A stretch of 64,000 nt of DNA from a virus: the IMG/VR virus record IMGVR_UViG_3300023179_000012; one strand, 5' to 3'. A model generated the notes under the pieces. The model did not search any database and was not told the origin of the DNA. It saw only the letters and a list, made by a program, of their open reading frames with translations. Both the position numbers and the translations under genes were made by a program. Position 1 is the first letter of the stretch. Each line of letters opens with the position of its first letter. Of this stretch, positions 51,606 through 59,323 are shown one piece after another.

Positions 51606-51860
51606 TCATGTTGGATAATCCTCTGGATAATCTGTTGCTGGTCGCTCTGGTTTTGGTTGACCCTCGTATGGCATCCACCACGGAGCATCCATACGATCCA
51701 CAAGACCGGGACTTTCTTCACAAATAAGAATATGCGGACTCACAGGATCATCACGATGAATCTCATACCGTCCACGCCACACACCAATATCTGGCCCAAA
51801 GTAGTAAACCTTCTGGCCGTTGATAGGGCGACGATAACCAAAAAAACTAAGCCATTCCAT
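51606..51860 (-). CDS. hypothetical protein
   Basis: 84-aa ORF in co-directional run. Confidence 0.55.
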   Translation of the reverse strand: MEWLSFFGYRRPINGQKVYYFGPDIGVWRGRYEIHRDDPVSPHILICEESPGLVDRMDAPWWMPYEGQPKPERPATDYPEDYPT

Positions 51861-51863
51861 TAT

Positions 51864-52106
51864 TTAGCCCTCCCTACGTTTTCCGGTAGCCCTTGTAATA
51901 ATCAAGCACTGAGTACCAGTATCATTATCCGTAAACTTCACACACTCATGAGGCCCATAATACCAAACATCATTCTTTGAGAAGTTGAACACAATCTCTT
52001 CGGTTTTCAGATCGGTATCATTATACCCACCCTCATACCCAAGAGTCAATACCCTCATATCAGCCGGATAGTTTTTCAACTGCTCAATCAGTTCATTAAC
52101 GGTCAT
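51864..52106 (-). CDS. conserved phage hypothetical protein
   Basis: MTVNELIEQLKNYPADMRV...GYEGGY. Confidence 0.65.
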   Translation of the reverse strand: MTVNELIEQLKNYPADMRVLTLGYEGGYNDTDLKTEEIVFNFSKNDVWYYGPHECVKFTDNDTGTQCLIITRATGKRREG

Positions 52107-52278
52107 TTTTACCTCCCATCGTCCCTATAAAGCATCCACCAAGAGGCTGGCATATAACCTTCGTTAGCGAGTCGTGTGCTTTGCTCTCTAGTTTCACCAC
52201 ATGCTCGCCAACACAAATAGCGAACTTCCCAACTATCGTTTTCAGGAAACTGCGGAAATGTCCAGTATGGATCACTCA

Positions 52279-52542
52279 TTATTCATCCTCCGATGGAAAC
52301 AGTTCATCCCAATGACTAGGGCTAATGCCAGACAGCAGAATCTCACGATCATCCGCACTAAGATGCGGAAAACAGTTTTGGATACTCTCTCCATTTATCC
52401 AACGATTAGCATCGCTCAGTTTGGTAGTTATACTGAACGGATGATTATCGAATAGACACTCTCCAGAGAAAGTTATATTTTCACCATCAGCACTAACGCT
52501 ACGAGTAACCCGGTCAGAAAAAGCAAATCGTGTTCCAAGCAT
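52279..52542 (-). CDS. hypothetical protein
   Basis: IQNCFPHLSADDREILLSGI motif; GGAG RBS; promoter upstream. Confidence 0.65.
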   Translation of the reverse strand: MLGTRFAFSDRVTRSVSADGENITFSGECLFDNHPFSITTKLSDANRWINGESIQNCFPHLSADDREILLSGISPSHWDELFPSEDE

Positions 52543-52621
52543 ATGTTCTCTCCTTTGGTTGTATTCTACTATCTAGTATCGGCTCTGTCAATAGGGAAAC
52601 TTGAAGAGATTTTGCTTACCA

Positions 52622-52699
52622 TAAAGCGTTTTTGCGTAAGCACTTGCGTCAAAGCCGCGGCCTCCACCTCTCCGTAAGTCCTTACGGGACAAGGCTTTA
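52622..52699. repeat. 78-bp element E8
   Basis: TAAAGCGTT-N7-AAGCACTTG / 28 / TAAGTCCTT-N7-AAGGCTTTA. Confidence 0.88.
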
Positions 52700-52704
52700 T
52701 AAAA

Positions 52705-53130
52705 ACCAGCGAATCTTTTACGCCCCGATTCTATTACCCATATGGCAACCCTGTTACGGACCATAGGAAACCGCCCACGGAAACCTTCCTAAGATTGGTC
52801 ATGACTCAATCTATCTGGCTCTTGGGGACGGTTACTGGTTGTGTTGCTTCGCAACTTATATTGTGTGGTATTCTTGTGTGTACTAAAAAATACCCAAAAA
52901 ACCTATACTGGGAAACGGCTATCCAGTACTTGCCGACGATTTTTAACTTTTCATTGACAGAATCAGTAAAACTGTATGTTGGTCGTGGTGAGGACGCGAT
53001 CCCCCATAGATTGGTACTTCTATCCAACGTATAACCCCGTTGGCAACTCCCCCAGTCTTTCAGAGAAAGTTTATCGAAATAGGTTATCCCAATCTAGTCC
53101 TAGGCATGGACCCACGAAAGTTTGTATTGT
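52705..53130 (-). ncRNA. candidate large structured ncRNA (about 420 nt)
   Basis: Dense hairpins at 52711-31, 52741-64, 52765-90, 52843-55, 52867-94, 52906-28, 53024-43; no convincing RBS-led ORF. Confidence 0.5.
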
Positions 53131-53133
53131 CAA

Positions 53134-53232
53134 GGGCGAAGGATGGAATCGAACCACCTCTAAGCATTTGGTTGCCTACTCCACCAGTTTGGTGTCTCGG
53201 ACTTCTCGTGCTACCATTACACTACATTCGCC
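53134..53232 (-). ncRNA. tRNA-like RNA with expanded, non-canonical anticodon domain
   Basis: Acceptor GGCGAA(T)G/CTTCGCC; D-arm GTGT-AATGGTA-GCAC; T-arm GGTGG-TTCGATT-CCATC; 49-nt centre. Confidence 0.6.
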
Positions 53233-53240
53233 ATATTTTA

Positions 53241-53362
53241 GGGACGGATGGATTCGTTGATGCTTTGGCGTCACAGGCAACTGCCTCAGCCCGCGCTCTC
53301 AACTTGACCATCTACTTCACTGCCGTTTTACCGGGAAGTTGCTCACGCAACCTAGCAGTCCC
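53241..53362 (-). ncRNA. candidate structured small RNA
   Basis: GGGAC/GTCCC closing stem; GTTGC-GTGA-GCAAC GNRA hairpin; GATGG/CCATC and GTTGA/TCAAC stems. Confidence 0.55.
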
Positions 53363-53454
53363 TATTGTATTGTCAATGATCGGCTGAACTCTTGTATTCT
53401 ACAGTCTATTATCGACCTGTCAATAGGGTTTTCTTGAAAAAATATTTTTTAACG

Positions 53455-53532
53455 TAAGATATTGAGAAGCAAGCACTTACGACGATCCCGGCCCGGCGAG
53501 TTTGCCCTAAGTCCTCTTGTGCTAAGAACTTA
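53455..53532. repeat. 78-bp element E9
   Basis: TAAGATATT-N7-AAGCACTTA / 28 / TAAGTCCTC-N7-AAGAACTTA. Confidence 0.88.
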
Positions 53533-53544
53533 GAGCGAACCCTT

Positions 53545-53727
53545 TTAGTAGTCGGCCTCAATAGGCTCATCACACCTATAGTTAGAATCTATCAAAACTT
53601 CTGGACGAAACTTGCTCAGTTTCTCGTCTCTGCAATCCACACAAACCCGTGCCAGCGGAATACCCCTAGCATCGCTCTCCCACCAACTATTCTTTTGAGA
53701 TCCACACGGACAATACTTTGTTATCAT
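53545..53727 (-). CDS. small Cys-containing phage protein
   Basis: CPCGSQKNSWWESDARGIPLARVCVDC. Confidence 0.6.
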   Translation of the reverse strand: MITKYCPCGSQKNSWWESDARGIPLARVCVDCRDEKLSKFRPEVLIDSNYRCDEPIEADY

Positions 53728-54206
53728 GCTTGTACCTCGTCATCAGAAAAAAAGTTTTCCATGTCGAACTCATTCCATAAAGCAACAGGAATCATATCCT
53801 TACTCTTATACTCAATATAGTTGTCAACTCCATTATCATAGAGTCCACAAAAAGACATACCCGGCTCGAAATAGGATGCTTTTACATTGTATCCCAAATC
53901 TACCAGTTCGTTATACAGTCCAATAGGAGGACTCCAAGCAGAGTCAAAAGAACAACTAGCCTGATTACCAACAACAGTAGCCTTCAAGCCGTGCCATTCT
54001 TCTCGTTCCGTACCCTCGTCAGCCCCAATATCCCACTTTACTCCCCAGTTATTCACACAAAAATCCCACCAACCATCGCCAATATCTGCGGGCATAGGAA
54101 TAAACTCGTTACACACAGTTCCCTTGTTGTATGTTTTCACAAATCGGTCGAGCATAGAGGGATCGGAGTGTTCAACGGTCAACTTGTTCAAGCACCAGTT
54201 AGGCAT
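53724..54206 (-). CDS. DUF1281/YubB ferredoxin-like domain protein
   Basis: MPNWCLNKL, WCVNNWGVKWDI-like, FDSAWSPP, YFEPGMSFCG. Confidence 0.75.
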   Translation of the reverse strand: MPNWCLNKLTVEHSDPSMLDRFVKTYNKGTVCNEFIPMPADIGDGWWDFCVNNWGVKWDIGADEGTEREEWHGLKATVVGNQASCSFDSAWSPPIGLYNELVDLGYNVKASYFEPGMSFCGLYDNGVDNYIEYKSKDMIPVALWNEFDMENFFSDDEVQA

Positions 54207-54458
54207 ATTATCCTCAGTTAGTAGTAGTGGTCAAAGCAGAATACTTACCATCACGCCTAGCAGCCTCAAGAGCATCACAGAAAAAATCACTAAAATCTTC
54301 CATAACGCTCAAAGCATCTTCTCTAGTACCATCCAGAATAGCATCAGTAAATACTATCACAAAATCAGCAACCCGCTCACGAACCATCACAATCTCTTTT
54401 TTGCTCAACATCTCTCTCCCCTTTTCAATCTTTATACCAAAACCCAATCCGTTGTCAA

Positions 54459-54531
54459 TAGCCCCACGGAGGATCGAACTCCGATCTCCGGGATGAAAGC
54501 CCGGTATACTAAACCATTATACTATGGGGCC
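54459..54531 (-). tRNA. tRNA-Glu(TTC)
   Basis: CCGGG-CTTTCAT-CCCGG. Confidence 0.92.
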
Positions 54532-54733
54532 GAGACTCGCTCAATCCAAATATAGTCACCATATTTAGCCTGTGCTTTTTTCATAGCATCAAACTCGCTC
54601 AAAGCGACAATGTAGCCAGCAAACTTATTGTTTGCAAATACACGCCAAGTATAACCAGCATAGCAGTTAGCAGTAGTCATAGCGTTATTCTAATCTATTA
54701 TCGGCACTTGTCAAGAGAAGTCTTTAGTTTTTC

Positions 54734-54811
54734 TAAGTTGTTGCAGTATAAGGACTTACAACAAATCCGGCCCCGCAGCCATGCCCTAAGTCCTTGTTTA
54801 ACAAAGACTTA
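54734..54811. repeat. 78-bp element E10
   Basis: TAAGTTGTT-N7-AAGGACTTA / 28 / TAAGTCCTT-N7-AAAGACTTA. Confidence 0.9.
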
Positions 54812-54828
54812 GAGCAACTGGCCGAGAA

Positions 54829-55239
54829 TCAGAACAGAAGACTAGCAAGGCCGGTTTTGAACGCGACCCCACCAAGGAGGGGACGACGCACATTGCGTGT
54901 ACGCTCCGCGTAGAAGTTGCGAATCTTACCGTCCGGAGTTTGAGCAGTCACAAGATGACGGCTACGCTCAAAGTTCGGATCATTTCTACGATACCTACTT
55001 TTACTATTCAGTCGAGCAAGATAATCGTCAGAAAATCGGTGAACACCAATAACCCTAGCCATAAAACGTTCAGGATCACCAGTAACAGGCTGCACATATT
55101 CAAAGTTATAAACACCACCAACCCTAGCATTTGTCAGACTATCACGAAGACCACTATACAGATGGAAAACGCTAAAAGCCACAATGCCAGAAACCGCACC
55201 AACAACCGCACACAAACCAATCAGAACTTCGTTAGTCAT
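54829..55239 (-). CDS. membrane-anchored hypothetical protein
   Basis: Likely start MTNEVLIGLCAVVGAVSG (TM). Confidence 0.6.
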   Translation of the reverse strand: MTNEVLIGLCAVVGAVSGIVAFSVFHLYSGLRDSLTNARVGGVYNFEYVQPVTGDPERFMARVIGVHRFSDDYLARLNSKSRYRRNDPNFERSRHLVTAQTPDGKIRNFYAERTRNVRRPLLGGVAFKTGLASLLF

Positions 55240-55331
55240 CAGACACCCTTTCGTTGTGAAAATCAAACACCTAGTACGCACATTCTACAGTATTATCGTC
55301 GTGTGTCAAGCCCAAACTTTAGAGATTTTGG

Positions 55332-55637
55332 TCACTCGCCATCATCATAATAGCCGTAACCATCATCACTATGAAAATCCTCACAACAGTCTACATCTTC
55401 GCCAAAATAACCGTAATCCTCATCGGTTCCCCATCCAGCGGAAGACAATGCACTCTCAGTATCGCCATCCATACTATCATCATACGAATCATCCCAACTG
55501 TTCTCCAACTCCTCGCCATCAATCTCGCCGTAAAAATCATTGTAATCGTCATAGTTCGACGCATCAACATCATCAGCGTAGTTCATATCATCCTCATAAG
55601 AGTTATCGGGATCGAACAGGGGGTCAGGATGGCTCAT
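55332..55637 (-). CDS. hyper-acidic protein (101 aa, 37 D/E, no K/R)
   Basis: MSHPDPLFDPDNSYEDD...; GGAG RBS; promoter at 55664-55691. Confidence 0.75.
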   Translation of the reverse strand: MSHPDPLFDPDNSYEDDMNYADDVDASNYDDYNDFYGEIDGEELENSWDDSYDDSMDGDTESALSSAGWGTDEDYGYFGEDVDCCEDFHSDDGYGYYDDGE

Positions 55638-55722
55638 CTTAGGTTTCTCCGTTGTGTGATCCGATTCTATATCTATTATCGACGTTGTCAAGTGTAGAAC
55701 TTTAAAAATATCTTTTTTGTTC

Positions 55723-55800
55723 TAAATCCTTATATAGCAAGTACTTACGATTCGCCCGGCGGCGCCACTCTAACGTAAGTCCTTATTTTCCAAAGAGTTA
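55723..55800. repeat. 78-bp element E11
   Basis: TAAATCCTT-N7-AAGTACTTA / 28 / TAAGTCCTT-N7-AAAGAGTTA. Confidence 0.9.
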
Positions 55801-55802
55801 GA

Positions 55803-56060
55803 TTATTTGAGAATATATTCTATTTCTTGTCCATTCGCAATCATAGCAGCATATATCTCAATACGCTTATCTTTCTCCCGTTTCTCAATCTGATGGTCGG
55901 TTTCTGTTACATCACGAGAATCGCACTTTCGCTCAAGATCAGCCAGGGTAACACCATCGGTACGATGGTCACGAAAATCCTCCGGCAACCACGAGTTAGG
56001 CACCACCACAATATCCCGCACAACTCGCTCAAACTCAGCAATCAGTTCATAACCGTTCAT
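55803..56060 (-). CDS. hypothetical protein
   Basis: Likely start MNGYELIAEF with AAGGAG RBS. Confidence 0.6.
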   Translation of the reverse strand: MNGYELIAEFERVVRDIVVVPNSWLPEDFRDHRTDGVTLADLERKCDSRDVTETDHQIEKREKDKRIEIYAAMIANGQEIEYILK

Positions 56061-56130
56061 TTTCTTCTCCTTGGTTGTGAGGCAGTCTATCAAAATCTTT
56101 TTGGCTTGTCAACAGCAAAATCCCACTTTT

Positions 56131-56178
56131 TCGCTGACTACAGCCACACTGACCAAATCCGTAGGATTGGCTGAGACT
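56131..56178 (+). repeat. repeat family 2
   Basis: TCGCTGACTA...CCAAATCC-GTA-GGATTGGCTGAGACT. Confidence 0.85.
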
Positions 56179-56400
56179 AATCGAAATCTCTCATAGCCTG
56201 TCGCTTCTGGTCACTGCGAGTGCGAAGTCGCTTGGGTCGGTTGTCGTGCTGACCAGATCCAGACATATGGCTAGAATGACCCTTACCCATCTCCCACACT
56301 GGACGAATGTTCAGCCGAATCGCGTCGTATTTCTTTCGCTTGCTCATACTCGTATCCTACCATATATTATCGGCTAGTCAATAGAGAATCTTTATTTTTC

Positions 56401-56478
56401 TAAGTCTTTGATACACAAGTACTTACGAAAAAATCGCCGCGCCCGGCTCGACGTAAGTCCTTGCCGGGGTTAGAGTTA
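56401..56478. repeat. 78-bp element E12
   Basis: TAAGTCTTT-N7-AAGTACTTA / 28 / TAAGTCCTT-N7-TTAGAGTTA. Confidence 0.9.
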
Positions 56479-56553
56479 CGAGTTAACCACCCATGCGGCA
56501 GCACACCCAACAACAAAACTTATTACAAATACGCAAATATCCAAAACTTTCAT
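56476..56553 (-). CDS. 25-aa single-TM microprotein
   Basis: MKVLDICVFVISFVVGCAAAWVVNS; ATGA overlap with upstream ORF. Confidence 0.5.
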   Translation of the reverse strand: MKVLDICVFVISFVVGCAAAWVVNS

Positions 56554-56654
56554 TCTTTTCCCCTTATAGGATAAACCAAATCACGAACACTATAACTAGC
56601 AAACACACCGATAATAAATCCCACACCGATTTGTACCCAGTTAATATCGGCCAT
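56550..56654 (-). CDS. 34-aa single-TM microprotein
   Basis: MADINWVQIGVGFIIGVFASYSVRDLVYPIRGKE. Confidence 0.5.
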   Translation of the reverse strand: MADINWVQIGVGFIIGVFASYSVRDLVYPIRGKE

Positions 56655-56668
56655 CCCTAGCCCCTTTC

Positions 56669-56752
56669 TTAAATGTTTTTCCCGTACTCAATAATAGCAC
56701 ACATTACTCCTGCAAAAATAATCAGGAATAGCATACTAATAAAATAACCCAT
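56669..56752 (-). CDS. 27-aa single-TM microprotein
   Basis: MGYFISMLFLIIFAGVMCAIIEYGKNI; TGATG overlap with upstream ORF. Confidence 0.5.
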   Translation of the reverse strand: MGYFISMLFLIIFAGVMCAIIEYGKNI

Positions 56753-57060
56753 CACGATACCACCATCCCATCAATAAAAGGGTATTCCTTACCATTAATC
56801 TTAACATACCAAGTAAAATCCCTCTGGTAAACCCGTACCGGGCTATACTGGTTAATCCTATCCTTAGTGGTAACAGTTTGCCAACCCCCACTATTAAGGG
56901 TATAGGTGCCATCATCCCGAATCTTTACAACGTATGTACTGTGCAACTTAATAGCCACAGTATTATCGCTCAGGATTTCCGCATAGGTATTATTACCAAT
57001 CTTTCGGCTATCCTTATTCCGCTTGCCACGAACCATCTTAATCGCTTCGGCGTGTGTCAT
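56752..57060 (-). CDS. conserved phage hypothetical protein
   Basis: LHSTYVV...TLNSGGWQTVTTKDRIN. Confidence 0.65.
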   Translation of the reverse strand: MTHAEAIKMVRGKRNKDSRKIGNNTYAEILSDNTVAIKLHSTYVVKIRDDGTYTLNSGGWQTVTTKDRINQYSPVRVYQRDFTWYVKINGKEYPFIDGMVVS

Positions 57061-57161
57061 TTTCTTTTCTCCTTACTTCTATTATCGGTATTTTACAGGC
57101 TAAACTTGAGAAAGTCAAGAAAATAATCCTGTGCCAAATGCGAATATTTTTTAGAATGTCC

Positions 57162-57239
57162 TAAGTCCTTATGGGGCAAGTACTTACGCAAAAATCGCCA
57201 CGGCCCCCGCGTCATAAGTCTTTACGCGGAAAGGCTTTA
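57162..57239. repeat. 78-bp element E13
   Basis: TAAGTCCTT-N7-AAGTACTTA / 28 / TAAGTCTTT-N7-AAGGCTTTA; ends 3 bp from IHF/HU stop. Confidence 0.92.
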
Positions 57240-57241
57240 TG

Positions 57242-57523
57242 TCAACTGTTCAACTGTTCAGCCATAACTTTACCCGGCTTGAATCGCACCACACGCCGCT
57301 GTCCGATCATCACGGCTTCGCCCGTGCGAGGATTGCGGGCCTTGCGAGGTGCGGTCACCTTTACGGTGAACACCCCGAAGTTTCGCAGTTCGATGCGTCC
57401 AGTTTCGACCAGCGTTGCTATCATATTGTCCAGAGTAGCCTGCACGATCTCGCGTGCCTGCTGACCCGTAACGCCAACCCGCTCCGCAACCTGTTCGACC
57501 ATACCACGCTTCGTTCCGATCAT
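57242..57523 (-). CDS. IHF/HU-family DNA-bending protein
   Basis: TKRGMVEQVA...GRIELRNFGVF...ARNPRTGE...VVRFKPGK; intercalating Pro in RNP retained. Confidence 0.95.
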   Translation of the reverse strand: MIGTKRGMVEQVAERVGVTGQQAREIVQATLDNMIATLVETGRIELRNFGVFTVKVTAPRKARNPRTGEAVMIGQRRVVRFKPGKVMAEQLNS

Positions 57524-57573
57524 TTCACTTTCTCCGTTGTGATGTTTCTATTCTACAGCCACTATTCTAAAAA

Positions 57574-57750
57574 TCAAGAGCAAAAATCTGCTGGCTCGGG
57601 ATACATTTCTTCCCACAACCCAGTCACTTCGGCATAATCAAACGGGTCGCAATCAACCTCGTCGATAGGTTCGACCATAGGCTCGATCATACCATCGTCA
57701 GCGAGTTGAGAGAGGATAGCGTTGATGGTATCGGTGTCATCGAGGATCAT
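57574..57750 (-). CDS. small acidic protein (58 aa, 17 D/E, no K/R)
   Basis: MILDDTDTINAILSQLADDG...; GGAG RBS; promoter upstream. Confidence 0.6.
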   Translation of the reverse strand: MILDDTDTINAILSQLADDGMIEPMVEPIDEVDCDPFDYAEVTGLWEEMYPEPADFCS

Positions 57751-57881
57751 ATCGTTTCTCCGTTGGGGTGATGCGATGATTCTACAGTTATTATCGACAA
57801 ATGCAAGCCCACACCTTGAGAATAATCCTATGCCAAACTAAAAATATTTTCTGACACGGTATTTTCTTGGATCATTTTCTC

Positions 57882-57959
57882 TAAGTGCTTGTGCAGAAAG
57901 GACTTAGGAAAAATCCGGCCCGGCGTCCTCGCCGTAAGTCTTTACGGATCAAGGACTTG
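57882..57959. repeat. 78-bp element E14
   Basis: TAAGTGCTT-N7-AAGGACTTA / 28 / TAAGTCTTT-N7-AAGGACTTG. Confidence 0.9.
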
Positions 57960-58570
57960 CGTCATTATTTAGATAACACGCAATAACATAGGCCAACATA
58001 ACTAATAATAAATGTAAGTGCAGCAAGCATTATAATATTCCTTTATTTGGCGTGAATAAATACGTTTTTACTAGCGGTCTGATTTGTTACAGTCACAATC
58101 CAGTTTTTTCCGCTACCATCTTCCCGAAGAATACCGTTGATGATACCAACGTGTACATTACCCTTGGGATCAGTAACAGTGCCATACTTTCCAGACCGCA
58201 TAGCACTCATAATCTTATCAAGACTATTCATTATACTATAACCTTTCAGTTAGCGTTAGCAGGCTCAAAAATATCCAGAACATTACACTTGTCAACATAG
58301 ATTGAACGATATCCATGCTCACACTTGACGGTGAGAAGAATACGCTCTCCAAACTGACGCACCCTAGTCACAACGCCGTCAACAACCTCTCCGTTGTTAT
58401 ACTCGGCATGAACAGCATAACCAGCCATGGGAACCTTACTCGTCATTCTACCCTTTCTTTCTCTCTTCTATTATCGACATTATACAGGCGATTCTTTAGG
58501 TTGCAAGCAAAATCTTTGGATTTTTGTGTCAAGATTTTTTGACAAAACTTTTCTGTTTTTCGGTATGGTT

Positions 58571-58586
58571 TGGCATACCGTTTGCT
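58571..58586 (+). promoter_or_regulatory. sigma54-type -24/-12 motif
   Basis: TGGCATACCGTTTGCT (GG-N10-GC); C(-12) is 15 bp before E15. Confidence 0.65.
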
Positions 58587-58600
58587 GATGCGATTTTCCC

Positions 58601-58678
58601 TAAGTCGTTACGCTGTAAGTACTTACGTCAAATTCGCTGCGCCCATATCGTCGTAAGTCCTTACGCCGTATGGGTTTG
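58601..58678. repeat. 78-bp element E15
   Basis: TAAGTCGTT-N7-AAGTACTTA / 28 / TAAGTCCTT-N7-ATGGGTTTG. Confidence 0.9.
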
Positions 58679-59170
58679 CGTCAACTCTGTCCCGGATAGA
58701 TTCTTCCGCTCTTGAGTCGCTGTACAAGCGTATCGTAATCGTCAGTCGTGAACAGCGTATAATAAGCATCCCGCTCCTGCACGATCCACTTGCGAGTGTA
58801 TCCGTTCCACACACTAGCCACGACCACACCGAGAGAGTTAGCCAGAGATACGATTTCAGCATTCATTTTCAAGATACTCCCATCCAAGATGCTTTTTCCA
58901 CACAGTAATCATAGAATATATCGTTCAAAACTTCAAGATGGTTTTTTTCGGTCAAACGACGACGAGCAAGGATAGCATCGCACTCTGCGAAAAACTTACC
59001 CGTGGACACTTCATATACAATCGTACACGCATACGATTCGCTTCCCCAAATCCTAGCCTTAACATCAACGAACTTCTTCAACATCTGTTTTCTCCTCTTC
59101 TCTCTTCTATTATCGACATTCTATCAGACTTTCTTCAACATTTCAAGAGGGCAAAAAAGATTTTTGTAGC

Positions 59171-59186
59171 AGCAAATATCGTGCCA
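59171..59186 (-). promoter_or_regulatory. sigma54-type -24/-12 motif
   Basis: TGGCACGATATTTGCT on minus strand, adjacent to E16 left edge. Confidence 0.65.
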
Positions 59187-59190
59187 ATCA

Positions 59191-59268
59191 TAAGTCGTTG
59201 TCTGATAAGCACTTAGGCACAAGTCGTGCCGCCGAGTTCGACGCAAGTCCTTACGCCACAAGGATTTA
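59191..59268. repeat. 78-bp element E16
   Basis: TAAGTCGTT-N7-AAGCACTTA / 28 / CAAGTCCTT-N7-AAGGATTTA. Confidence 0.9.
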
Positions 59269-59323
59269 CGTCGAATTGTTGTACAGTAGTGTACAGGCTT
59301 ATATCCCCATAATAGGGGGCTTA

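Noticed and set aside
53185-53215. GAGAAGUCCGAG resembles RNase P RNA conserved region I
   Set aside because: No complementary CGGCUUA (P4/CR-V) found downstream, and the motif lies inside a tRNA-shaped fold.
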